This document shows, in pieces, positions 10,098 through 23,547 of a DNA stretch of 64,000 nucleotides. Origin of the DNA: an uncultured Bacillota bacterium (GTDB taxonomy: Bacteria; Sysuimicrobiota; Sysuimicrobiia; Sysuimicrobiales; Segetimicrobiaceae); the NCBI GenBank assembly GCA_963804645.1, contig CAWDRG010000005.1:224001-288000 (forward strand). The letters run 5' to 3'. Position 1 is the first letter of the stretch. The number at the start of each line of letters is the position of its first letter. Both the position numbers and the translations under genes were made by a program. Below the pieces are notes generated by a model. The model saw nothing but the letters and a program-made list of their open reading frames with translations. It did not search any database and was not told the origin of the DNA.

Positions 10098-11000
10098 TCA
10101 GTGCAGCCGCTGCGGCGCGGTCAGCCCCGGAAGGTCGGTGGCCCACGACGCCCGCCGCACAAACGTCATAATCGGCGGAAGGTATCCCCGGATCAGCGAG
10201 ATGACGCGCTCGGGAGACATGATCCCGCTGCCGGTCAGCAGCGTCCAGCGGGTCTCGACCATCGCCGCGAGGTGCAGCGCGAGTTCCATCGGAATCACGC
10301 CCGCGTCGGCGAGGGGCAGGAAGACTTCCCACCGGCGCGGCAGCCGGGCGATGCCGAACGTGGTCAGCATCGCCTTCGCGATGCCCGTGGCCGCGCCGCT
10401 CGCGTTGCTGAACACCCCCACGATCTGGCTCACCCGCTCGGCATCCTGCGCGACGGCCTCGACGTCCCGCGTAAACATCTCCAAGATCGGCACCGAGGTC
10501 AGCACGCGCGCCAGGCGCCAGCCGATCCGAATCGGATCGACCATGCGCACGGTCTGCGACGCGGTGCGCACGGAGTCGTCCGTCGAGGCAAGACCGAACG
10601 ATCTGGCCTTGAGGATCGTCTCCTGCGCCTCCTCCAGGAGGTGCGGCCGCTCCTGTGCGAGGCGCTCCGCGGTCTCGCGCACGAACGCCTCGCGCGCGGG
10701 AGGATTGTTGTCGACGAGCAGCGTCCCCCAGGTCACCACTTCGTGCACGACGGTCAGCAAGTGGGCGTTGAGCGCAAAGGGCATCAGGAAGCCGGGGGCG
10801 TCGCCGAGGGGATTGCTCGCCCCCAGCCCTTCCAGATACTCGGCGATCGCGTCGACCCCGATCTCATCGCCGAACAGAATGCCGATCTCGATGTCGGAAT
10901 CGGGCCACGTCCGATCGACCGCCGGCTGTCCATAGAGATAGACGGCCGACACCTCTTCTTCGCCCCGGAAGAACTCTGTCAAGTGATCGAACGCGGACAC
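10098..11000 (-). CDS. Fusion of minimal nucleotidyltransferase (MNT) and HEPN/DUF86-like domains, catalytic motifs degenerate
   Basis: N-terminus AVYLYGQ...PDSDIEIGIL...LN...HEVVTWGTLL matches the MNT pattern. C-terminus P..WEVFLPLADAGVIP..LA..LAAMVETRWTLLTG matches DUF86. GTG start follows GAGGGA; extended -10 TGTTACAAT at 11050-11042. Confidence 0.7.
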   Translation of the reverse strand: MSAFDHLTEFFRGEEEVSAVYLYGQPAVDRTWPDSDIEIGILFGDEIGVDAIAEYLEGLGASNPLGDAPGFLMPFALNAHLLTVVHEVVTWGTLLVDNNPPAREAFVRETAERLAQERPHLLEEAQETILKARSFGLASTDDSVRTASQTVRMVDPIRIGWRLARVLTSVPILEMFTRDVEAVAQDAERVSQIVGVFSNASGAATGIAKAMLTTFGIARLPRRWEVFLPLADAGVIPMELALHLAAMVETRWTLLTGSGIMSPERVISLIRGYLPPIMTFVRRASWATDLPGLTAPQRLH

Positions 11001-11117
11001 GGCGACGGGCTCCCTCAGTCTTCGCGGTCGAAAACACGCCCATTGTAACACAGCCCGCGTCCGCGCCGGGGTACCCGGCGGGGACGCGGGCCGTGCCGGA
11101 CCGCGCGAGGGGCGCGG

Positions 11118-15572
<4,455 letters not shown>

Positions 15573-15629
15573 CGTGCGATCCCCCTCCCGCGCGTCACGG
15601 CGCGCTTCGAACAGGATCGCGTCCGCCCC

Positions 15630-15687
15630 AAAAGCAAAAGTCCGGGGGAGCGATCCTGTGTGAGAGGAACCTCTCCCTCGGGCTTTT
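15630..15687 (-). terminator. Intrinsic terminator forming the riboswitch expression platform
   Basis: Minus strand AAAAGCCCGAGGGAG pairs (13 of 15 positions) with CTCCCCCGGACTTTT, followed by GCTTTT. It overlaps the aptamer 3' strand. Confidence 0.75.
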
Positions 15688-15780
15688 GTCCCGACGGTGT
15701 AGCGCCGCGTGGGCCGCCTGTGCCGCTCGGTCCGGTCCGGCCGCTACGCGGGCCGCGGAACCCTAGGCACACTCCCTCCC
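15662..15780 (-). ncRNA. ykkC-family riboswitch, probably subtype 2a (ppGpp-sensing)
   Basis: Minus strand GGGAGGGA-GTGTGCCTAGGGTTCCG...GGACCGAGCGGCACAGG...TACACCGTCGGGACAAAAGCCCGAGGGAGAGG-TTCCTCTC carries the ykkC hallmarks plus a P0 stem (GAGGGA/TTCCTC). It sits upstream of gltB. Confidence 0.88.
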
Positions 15781-15856
15781 GCCGACGACACGTCCGGGTG
15801 CCATCGGGTACGACGGGTGCTGGTATGAGTTGAGGCTGAGTGCGGATATTTTGTAA

Positions 15857-15885
15857 TTAGTATCGGAATCTCCGATGATTGTCAA
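15857..15885 (-). promoter_or_regulatory. gltB/riboswitch promoter with a palindrome in the spacer
   Basis: TTGACA (15885-15880)-N17-TACTAA; inverted repeat ATCGGA-ATC-TCCGAT at 15862-15876. Confidence 0.6.
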
Positions 15886-15986
15886 GATGGCCGCTCGAAT
15901 CGTTCGGGTCAGCTCGAACAATCCGCCCATGGCTCGGCCGGCAAATCCGGAATCCGGCGTGGCCCGTCTCGATCTCCGGCGCCGCG

Positions 15987-17138
15987 CTATCCCCGATGGT
16001 ACGCGACGGCGCCGCGCACCACCGTCAGCGCGACCCGGTGCTCCCGGTCGAGCACTACGAGATCCGCGTCACCGCCCACGGTGATGCGCCCTTTCCGCTC
16101 GAGGCCGAGCAGCCGCGCCGGAATCAGCGTCGCGGCCTGCACCGCCTCGCGGAAGCTCACCTCCGCGTCCGCCGCGAAGTTGCGCACCGCCCGGTCCAGC
16201 TGCAGCATGCTGCCCGCGAGCGTCCCGTCCGGCAGCCGCGGCGCGCCGTCCCGCAGCTCAATCGTCGCGCCCCCGAGCGTGTACGAGCCGCGCTCCATGC
16301 CCGCCGCGGACACCGCGTCCGTGACGAGCGCGATCCGGCCGGTCCCCGCCGTGCGCGCAATCAGCCGCAGCACCGCGGGGTGCACGTGCACCCGGTCGGC
16401 GATCACGCTCACCGTGAGCCCGCGGGTCAAGAGCGCGGCGCCCACCGCGCCCGGCTCGCGGTGGTGCAGCCCGCGCATCGCGTTGAACACGTGGGTGACG
16501 AGCCGGATCCCCCACTGCGCCGCCTCGCGGACCTCGTCGTAGCCCGCATCGGTGTGCCCAGCCGCCGCGACGACCCGCTCCACGACCAAGAACCGGACGA
16601 CCGCCTCGGCGCCTTCCAGCTCCGGGGCAAGCGTGACCACGCGGACCGCCCCCTGCGCCCGCCGCAAGGTCTCCGCGATCTCCGGCACCGACGGATGCCG
16701 CAGATGCTGCGCGCGGTGGGCGCCTCGGCGCAGCGGGTTGAGATACGGCCCCTCGAGATGGACGCCGAGGACCTCGGGGAGCGCCCCGGGAGCGCGGGCG
16801 ACGTCCGACGCCACCCACGCGGCATGGCGCATCTCCTCGAGCGGCGCGCTGACGATCGTCGGCAGGTACGCGGTGACGCCGGTCCCCGCGAGGTAGCGGC
16901 CGAGTGTCTCGTAGTCGCGCGCGTCCGCCCGCAGGCAATCCACGCCGGCGCCGCCGTTCACCTGCAGGTCGATCAGCCCGGGGATCAACACGCCCTCGGG
17001 GAACCGCAGCACGCCCGCATCGCCGCCCGGCGGCGGCTCGCCCGCCGCGACGCGCGTGATGCGCCCATCCTCGACCGTGACGAATCCGGGCGTCAGGTCG
17101 CGGTCGGGGGCCAACACGGTACCGGCGGCGACAATCAT
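15987..17138 (-). CDS. nagA: N-acetylglucosamine-6-phosphate deacetylase
   Basis: PGLIDLQVNG, HLEGPYLN...RGAH, TLAPE, THVFNAM, LVTDA, LAGS. Confidence 0.93.
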   Translation of the reverse strand: MIVAAGTVLAPDRDLTPGFVTVEDGRITRVAAGEPPPGGDAGVLRFPEGVLIPGLIDLQVNGGAGVDCLRADARDYETLGRYLAGTGVTAYLPTIVSAPLEEMRHAAWVASDVARAPGALPEVLGVHLEGPYLNPLRRGAHRAQHLRHPSVPEIAETLRRAQGAVRVVTLAPELEGAEAVVRFLVVERVVAAAGHTDAGYDEVREAAQWGIRLVTHVFNAMRGLHHREPGAVGAALLTRGLTVSVIADRVHVHPAVLRLIARTAGTGRIALVTDAVSAAGMERGSYTLGGATIELRDGAPRLPDGTLAGSMLQLDRAVRNFAADAEVSFREAVQAATLIPARLLGLERKGRITVGGDADLVVLDREHRVALTVVRGAVAYHRG

Positions 17139-17264
17139 CGGTGGCGTTGGTTTCCGGTCCGTCCGCTGGCCTTCCTGCGGGCGAACGACCCGGCCAAACC
17201 GAGCCGACCGCCGGCGCGTAGCTACGAGGCAGGCGCACCCCGACATCCCGGAGAAGAAAGGAGG

Positions 17265-17732
17265 GTGACGATACGGCCGCTCGGGGCGACGGACGTCGTT
17301 GCGTGTGCAGAGATTCTGCTGAGCCTCCCGCTCTGGCAGCGCTATGGGACCACGCGGCAGGATGCCCTGGCGCTGTTCACGCGCGCCGCCTCGGGCACGG
17401 CGCGGGTCGCGGAACGCGGCGGGCGCGTCGCCGGGTTCGTCGTCTACAGCCTTCGCGGCACGTTTGACCACAGCGGGTACGTGCGCGCCATCGGGGTCGG
17501 CGCGGGGGATCAGGGACGCGGCGTGGGAAGTCTCTTAATGGATGCGGCCGAGCAGGAAATTCTCGCCCAGGGGCCCAACGTGTTTCTTTTGGTGTCCGCG
17601 GACAACGCGGCCGCGCGACGCTTCTACGAGCGGAGGAGCTACCGCGAGATCGGCGAGATCCCCGACTACGTCGGGCCCGGCCTCACGGAGATCTTATATC
17701 GGAAGACGACCGGCCCGATCGGTCGTGGATGA
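17265..17732 (+). CDS. GNAT family N-acetyltransferase
   Basis: C-terminal part of ORF 15879..17732; acetyl-CoA motif QGRGVGSLL and NAAARRFYER. GTG start follows a purine-rich RBS. Confidence 0.85.
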   Translation: MTIRPLGATDVVACAEILLSLPLWQRYGTTRQDALALFTRAASGTARVAERGGRVAGFVVYSLRGTFDHSGYVRAIGVGAGDQGRGVGSLLMDAAEQEILAQGPNVFLLVSADNAAARRFYERRSYREIGEIPDYVGPGLTEILYRKTTGPIGRG

Positions 17733-17820
17733 CGGATGCACGGACCGGACAGACGGATCGAGGACGGCGCCCGACGGCAGCGTGCCGCGGGGCCGGCGCG
17801 TCATTCAAGGAGGTGAAGCA

Positions 17821-19344
17821 ATGCGTGCGAAGCACTGGTTCGTTCTCGCCCTTGCGCTGCTGCTCATCGTACCGTTCGCGGCGCGCACCAACGCCGCGCC
17901 GTCGAAGGTCACTCTGACCCTCGGCATCGACCAGGAGGCCGTCGGCCTGGACCCCAACAAGGTGACGTCGTTCGCGTCGTTCCGGCGGGTCGACCTCATG
18001 TACAACAAGCTCGTGAAGTACGACCCGAGCCTGCACATCGTGGGGGATCTCGCGACGTCGTGGGACACGCCCGACAACCGGACGTACGTGTTCCACCTCG
18101 TGCCCGGGGTGAAGTTCCACGACGGGACCACGATGACCGCGGACGACGTGGTGTTCACGATCCAGCGGGTGCTCGATCCGAAGACGGCCTCCCCCGCGCG
18201 CTCGTACCTGGACGCGGTCGACAGTGTGACGGCGGTGGACCCGGTCACGGTGCGGCTGCATCTCCAGTACCCGCTCGCCTCGGTCCTCTCGGCGCTGACG
18301 TCGAATAACCTGTCGATCGTCGAGCGCGCGGCGGTCGAGAAGAACGGCGACCTCCAGAAGACGGATGGGGGCACCGGGCCGTTCATGCTGGCCCAGTGGG
18401 TCCCCGACAACTACATGACGCTGGAGAAGAACCCCTACTACTTCCGGCGGGGCCTCCCGAAGGTCGACGAGATCGTGATCCGCATCATTCCGGACGAGTC
18501 GTCCCTGCTCACGGGCGTGCGGAGCCACAGCCTCGACATGGCGTCGGTCTCCGACGGCAGCGTCGTCAAGCAGGCCCAGGCGGTCGAGGGGCTGCAGGTG
18601 GTCCAGGTGCCGAGCCTCAATCTCCGCATCTTCTCGTTCAATACGACGCGCCCGCCGTTCAACGACCCGAAGGTGCGTGACGCGATCGCCTACGCGATCG
18701 ACCGGCAGGCGATCGTGAACGCGGCGGAGTTCGGGTTCGCCACGGTGAGCGGGCCGGTCCCGGCGCCCGACAAGGCCTACGCGCTGCCGGTCTCGGCGTT
18801 CCCCGAGTACCACACGAATCCCGCCAAGGCGAAGCAGATGCTGCAGGAGGCCGGCGCGGCCGGCGCGTCCTTCCAGATCGTGGCCTCGCCGTCGTACGAG
18901 GGCGGCCTCGCAGTCGCCCAGGTCATCCAGGCGCAGCTGCACGCGATCGGCCTCAACCCGTCGATCGAGAACGTCGAGTACGGCAACTACATCAACCTGT
19001 GGGTCAAGCGCGACTTCGACACGATGGTCGAGCTGCGCGGCGGCGATCCCGATCCCGACCGGTTCCTGTACCGGACGTTCTACAGCACCGGGGCGGTGAA
19101 TAACTTCCTATTCAAGAACGCCTCCGTCGACCAGCTGCTCGACCGCGGCCGGGTGCACGAGACGGTCGCCGACCGGAAGCCGATCTACGATGACCTGCAG
19201 CGCGCGCTCGTCACGGACGCGCCCGCGGTCTTCCTCTACACGCCGGACGTGAACGCGGTGCTCGCGGCTTACGTCAAAGGCTTCGCGCTGGTCCCGACCG
19301 GTTCGCTGGACTACCTGCAGCAGACGTCGATCCAACCGCACTAG
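17821..19344 (+). CDS. Peptide/nickel ABC transporter substrate-binding protein (family 5)
   Basis: Signal peptide; LDP, GVKFHDG...TADDVVFT, GTGPF, PFNDPKVRDAIAYAIDR. Confidence 0.92.
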   Translation: MRAKHWFVLALALLLIVPFAARTNAAPSKVTLTLGIDQEAVGLDPNKVTSFASFRRVDLMYNKLVKYDPSLHIVGDLATSWDTPDNRTYVFHLVPGVKFHDGTTMTADDVVFTIQRVLDPKTASPARSYLDAVDSVTAVDPVTVRLHLQYPLASVLSALTSNNLSIVERAAVEKNGDLQKTDGGTGPFMLAQWVPDNYMTLEKNPYYFRRGLPKVDEIVIRIIPDESSLLTGVRSHSLDMASVSDGSVVKQAQAVEGLQVVQVPSLNLRIFSFNTTRPPFNDPKVRDAIAYAIDRQAIVNAAEFGFATVSGPVPAPDKAYALPVSAFPEYHTNPAKAKQMLQEAGAAGASFQIVASPSYEGGLAVAQVIQAQLHAIGLNPSIENVEYGNYINLWVKRDFDTMVELRGGDPDPDRFLYRTFYSTGAVNNFLFKNASVDQLLDRGRVHETVADRKPIYDDLQRALVTDAPAVFLYTPDVNAVLAAYVKGFALVPTGSLDYLQQTSIQPH

Positions 19345-19463
19345 CCGAGGACACGTGGCGGGGGCGGCGGCGCGCCGAGCGCCGCCCCCCGGCCGTCGGA
19401 GCGTCCTCCGTTGCGCGCCCCCGGTCGCCGTGCCCGGACCGTGAGCCCCGCCGTGTGCCGCCG

Positions 19464-20411
19464 ATGACCTCGTACCTCGCCGGACGCCTGGTCGGCCTCC
19501 TCCCCGTGCTGTGGGGCGTCTCGGTCGTGGTGTTCCTGCTCGTCCATCTGCTGCCGGGCGACGCGGTCCAGATGTTTCTCGGCACCCAGGTCGGGCTCGC
19601 GCCCGCGCAGATGGAAGAACTCCGGCGCCTGTTCGGCATCGACAAGCCGCTCCCGCTGCAGTACCTGGACTGGATCGGCCGTGTGCTGCTCGGCGACTTC
19701 GGCGTCTCGCTCCGGACGGGGCAGCCGGTGCTGCCGACCATCCTCGCGCGGTTTCCGCTCAGCCTGGAGATCACGCTCCTGGCGCTCGCGACCGCGCTCG
19801 TGATCGCGCTCCCGGCCGGGATCATCGCGGCGCTGCACCGCGGCACCGCGATCGACGCGCTCGTCAGCGTGGTGGGATTGATCGGGCTGAGCATCCCGAA
19901 CTTCTGGCTCGCCGCGATGCTGCTCATTCTGCTCGCGAGCCTGCCGATCGCCTCGATCGGCGTCTACGTCAAGTTCACGACGGATCCGATCGCCAACCTC
20001 ACGGTCATGACGCTGCCCGCCGTCTCACTCGGCGTGTCGCTCGCGGCCGTCATCATGCGGTTCGTGCGGTCGTCGATGCTCGAGGTGTTGGGGGAGGACT
20101 ACGTCCGCACCGCCCGGGCGAAGGGGCTGGTCGAGCGCGTCGTGATCGACCGGCACGCGCTGCGCAACGCCCTGATCCCGGTGATCACCGTCATCGGGTT
20201 CCAGGCCGGCTACCTGCTCGGCGGCACGGTCGTGATCGAGGAAGTGTTCGCGCTGCCCGGCATGGGCCGGCTGGCCCTGGACGCGATCGGTCAGCGCGAT
20301 TACCCCGTGATCCAGGGCGTGGTGCTGTTGATCGCGGGGCTGTTCGTGCTCACGAACCTCGCCGTCGACCTCCTGTACTCGGTCGTCGATCCCCGGGTGC
20401 GGTACGGATGA
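19464..20411 (+). CDS. Peptide ABC permease (DppB/OppB-like)
   Basis: DYVRTARAKG, HALRNA, RDYPVIQG, DPRVR. Confidence 0.92.
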   Translation: MTSYLAGRLVGLLPVLWGVSVVVFLLVHLLPGDAVQMFLGTQVGLAPAQMEELRRLFGIDKPLPLQYLDWIGRVLLGDFGVSLRTGQPVLPTILARFPLSLEITLLALATALVIALPAGIIAALHRGTAIDALVSVVGLIGLSIPNFWLAAMLLILLASLPIASIGVYVKFTTDPIANLTVMTLPAVSLGVSLAAVIMRFVRSSMLEVLGEDYVRTARAKGLVERVVIDRHALRNALIPVITVIGFQAGYLLGGTVVIEEVFALPGMGRLALDAIGQRDYPVIQGVVLLIAGLFVLTNLAVDLLYSVVDPRVRYG

Positions 20412-21304
20412 GCACCGTTCCGAAATCCGCGATCGGGGCGGCCCGCCACGGCCGCGCGCCGGAGGAACGTCCCCGCCACGCGTCGCGCCTGTGGGCGTTC
20501 CTGCACATTCCCGGCGCGGTCATCGGGGCCGCGATCGTGCTCGCCTACCTGTTTGCCGCGGCCTGCGCACCGCTGCTCGCGCCCACGGACCCGCTCGGGA
20601 TGACGCAGACGCTGCTCGCGCCTCCGGGCCCGGGCCATCCGTTCGGCACCGACCAGTTCGGGCGGGACATTCTGAGCCGGCTCCTCTTCGGCTCCCGGGT
20701 CTCACTCGAGATCTCGGTGGCGTCCGTCGCGGTGGCCCTCGCCGGCGGCGGCACGGTCGGGATCCTCGCCGGGTACTACGGCGGCCTCCTCGACAACGTC
20801 CTGATGCGGGCGATGGACGTCATCTTCGCGTTTCCCGCGATCCTGCTCGCGATCGCGATCATGGCGGTGGCCGGCACCCGCCCGCCGGTGCTCGTCGCGG
20901 CGATCGGACTCGTGTACATCCCGCAGTTCGCGCGGGTCGCCCGCGGCGGCGTGGTGCAGGCGCGCGGCTTGGATTACGTCGAGGCGGCGAGGGCCCAGGG
21001 CGCCCCGGTGGCGCGAATCCTCCTCCATCACATCCTGCCGAACATCGCCGCGCCGGTGATCGTGCAGACCTCGCTCAGCCTCTCGTTCGCGATCCTGACC
21101 GAGTCGGCCCTGAGCTTCCTCGGCCTCGGCATGCAGCCGCCGACCCCGTCGTGGGGCAACATGCTCGCGGACTCCCGCCGGTTCATGACCACGGCGCCCT
21201 GGACCGTCGTGTTCCCGGGGATCACCATCTCGCTGATCGTGCTCGGCTTCAACCTGCTCGGCGACGGGCTGCGCGATCTGCTGGACCCGCGGCTCCGTCT
21301 GTGA
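20408..21304 (+). CDS. Peptide ABC permease (DppC/OppC-like)
   Basis: HPFGTDQFGRD, YVEAARAQGA, HILPN, PSWG, GDGLRDLLDPR. Confidence 0.92.
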   Translation: MSTVPKSAIGAARHGRAPEERPRHASRLWAFLHIPGAVIGAAIVLAYLFAAACAPLLAPTDPLGMTQTLLAPPGPGHPFGTDQFGRDILSRLLFGSRVSLEISVASVAVALAGGGTVGILAGYYGGLLDNVLMRAMDVIFAFPAILLAIAIMAVAGTRPPVLVAAIGLVYIPQFARVARGGVVQARGLDYVEAARAQGAPVARILLHHILPNIAAPVIVQTSLSLSFAILTESALSFLGLGMQPPTPSWGNMLADSRRFMTTAPWTVVFPGITISLIVLGFNLLGDGLRDLLDPRLRL

Positions 21305-21346
21305 GGCGCACGCTCGAGCGCGGATGCCGTTCCGGAGGCCACGACG

Positions 21347-22249
21347 ATGGCGCACGCACGTGATCCGCTGACCGAAACGATCAACGACCGCACGCGGGAC
21401 TTCGACGCGCTGCCGATGCTGGAGCAGGCCCGTCTGATGAACGAAGAGGACCGGCGCGTCCCTGAGGCGGTCGCGAACGAGCTGCCGCGCGTCGCCGAGG
21501 CGGCCGCGCGGATCGCGGATGCGCTGCGGCGCGGCGGCCGCCTCGTGTACGTCGGGGCGGGCACGAGCGGCCGCGTCGCCGCGCTGGACGCCGCCGAATG
21601 CCCCCCGACGTTTGGGACGCCCCCGGACCTCGTCCAAGCGGTGGTCGCCGGCGGCCCGGGGGCGCTGCTGGAGGCCGTCGAGGGCGCCGAGGACGACGGG
21701 GCAGCCGGCGCGCGTGAGATGGACGCCCGTCAGGTCGGCCCGCGCGATGCGGTGGTCGGGATCGCCGCGAGCGGCGAGACGCCGTTCGTGCTCGGCGCCG
21801 TCCGCCGGGCGCGCGAGCGCGGCGCCGCGACGATCGCCGTCGCGTGCTCTCCCGCGTCGTCGCTCGAGGCCGCGTGCGAGCTTGCGATCACGCCGCTGAC
21901 GGGCCCCGAGGTCATCGCCGGCAGTACGCGCCTCAAAGCCGGCACCGCGCAGAAGCTCGTCCTGAACATGCTGAGCACCCTCGCGATGGTGCGGCTCGGG
22001 AAGGTCTACGGCAACTTGATGGTGGACATGCAGGCGACCAACGAGAAACTGCGCCGCCGCGCGGTCCGCATCGTCGCGGCGGCCGCCCACACCGACGAGG
22101 CCGCGGCCGCCGCGGCGCTCGAACGCGCCGGCGGGCGGGTGCCGGTCGCCATTGTGATGCTCGGGCGAGGCATCGGGCCGGACGAGGCGGCGCGGCGGCT
22201 CGACGCGGCCGGCAGCGTCCGGGGCGCGCTGGGGGAGGCGCCGCGATGA
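21347..22249 (+). CDS. murQ: N-acetylmuramic acid 6-phosphate etherase
   Basis: GAGTSGR...DAAECPPTFG, AVEGAED, GSTRLKAGTAQKLVLNMLST, NLMVD. Confidence 0.96.
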   Translation: MAHARDPLTETINDRTRDFDALPMLEQARLMNEEDRRVPEAVANELPRVAEAAARIADALRRGGRLVYVGAGTSGRVAALDAAECPPTFGTPPDLVQAVVAGGPGALLEAVEGAEDDGAAGAREMDARQVGPRDAVVGIAASGETPFVLGAVRRARERGAATIAVACSPASSLEAACELAITPLTGPEVIAGSTRLKAGTAQKLVLNMLSTLAMVRLGKVYGNLMVDMQATNEKLRRRAVRIVAAAAHTDEAAAAAALERAGGRVPVAIVMLGRGIGPDEAARRLDAAGSVRGALGEAPR

Positions 22250-23547
22250 CGCTGCGGCGGCGTGCGTCCCCGCGGGCCCGAAGCACCGCGCCGGCGCGGA
22301 CGCGTCGCGCGCCCGGACCGCGCGACGACGGGTGGCTTCGCCTTCGCGCGAAGACGACTAAGCGGATCGTCGGCGTGATCTCCGGCACCTCCGCGGACGG
22401 CATCACCGCCGCGCTCGTCGACATCACGGACACCCCGCGCCGCGGATCCCCGGGGCGGCGCCCGGATCCGTACCGCCCGAGCGTCCGGCTCGTCGCACAC
22501 GTGACCGTCCCCTACCCGGATGAGGTCCGGGCGCGCGTCATCCGCGTGTTCACGGAACCGGCGACCACGCAGGCGATCGCGTCGCTGCACTACCTGCTCG
22601 GCGAGTACTTTGCGGACGCCGCGGCGGCCGCGGTGCGCAAGGCACGGACGCGGATGGCCGACGTCGATCTCATCGCGTCGCACGGCCAAACCGTCGCCCA
22701 CGTCGGCGTCCCCGACCCCACGGATCCCTGGAGCCGGGCATGCACGATGCAGCTCGCCGAGGCCGCGGTCATCGCCGAGCGCACGGGCCGTCCGGTGCTC
22801 TCCGACTTCCGGGCCGCCGACATCGCCGCCGGAGGCCAGGCGGCGCCGTTCGTGCCGTACGCCGACATCGTCCTGTTCGCGGGCCCCGAGGGCCGCATCG
22901 CCCTCAACCTCGGAGGCATCTCGAACATCACCGTGCTACCCGCCGGCGGCCGGCGGAACGACGTCTACGCGTTCGACTGCGGCCCCGCCAACATGGTGAT
23001 CGACGGCCTGATCCGCCACTACTCGGGGGGTGCGGAGACCTACGACCGCGACGGGGCGCGCGCCGCCCGCGGCACCGTGCGCGCGGACCTGCTCCGCGAA
23101 CTGCTCGACGATCCCTTCGTCAACGCGCCGCCGCCGAAGACGGCCGGACACGAGCAGTTCGGGCGGCCGTTCCTTGAGGCGCTCCTCCGGGCGTGGGGAC
23201 ATCTCCCCGCCGACGACCTCGTGGCCACCGCCACAGCGTTTGCCGCGGAGGCGGTGGCGCGCAACATCGCCCGGTTCGTCCTCCCGCGCCACGCGATCGT
23301 GGATCTGGTCGCCGCCGGCGGGGGCGTGCACAACCCTGTCCTGATGGCTCGCCTCGAGCGCGCCATCGCGCCGATCCGTCTGCGGCGCATCGAAGAGTTC
23401 GGCATCCCGGCCGACGCGAAGGAGGCGCTCGCGTTCGCGCTGCTCGGGCACGCGACGGTGATGGGACTGCCGGGCAACCTCCCCCGCGTGACCGGCGCGC
23501 GGCACCCGGCCGTGCTCGGCAAGTGGGCGTGGCCGCCGCCCCGGTGA
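22246..23547 (+). CDS. anmK: Anhydro-N-acetylmuramic acid kinase
   Basis: ISGTSADG, SHGQT, DFRAADIAAGGQAAP, NLGGISN, FDCGPAN, KEALAFA. Confidence 0.93.
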   Translation: MTLRRRASPRARSTAPARTRRAPGPRDDGWLRLRAKTTKRIVGVISGTSADGITAALVDITDTPRRGSPGRRPDPYRPSVRLVAHVTVPYPDEVRARVIRVFTEPATTQAIASLHYLLGEYFADAAAAAVRKARTRMADVDLIASHGQTVAHVGVPDPTDPWSRACTMQLAEAAVIAERTGRPVLSDFRAADIAAGGQAAPFVPYADIVLFAGPEGRIALNLGGISNITVLPAGGRRNDVYAFDCGPANMVIDGLIRHYSGGAETYDRDGARAARGTVRADLLRELLDDPFVNAPPPKTAGHEQFGRPFLEALLRAWGHLPADDLVATATAFAAEAVARNIARFVLPRHAIVDLVAAGGGVHNPVLMARLERAIAPIRLRRIEEFGIPADAKEALAFALLGHATVMGLPGNLPRVTGARHPAVLGKWAWPPPR

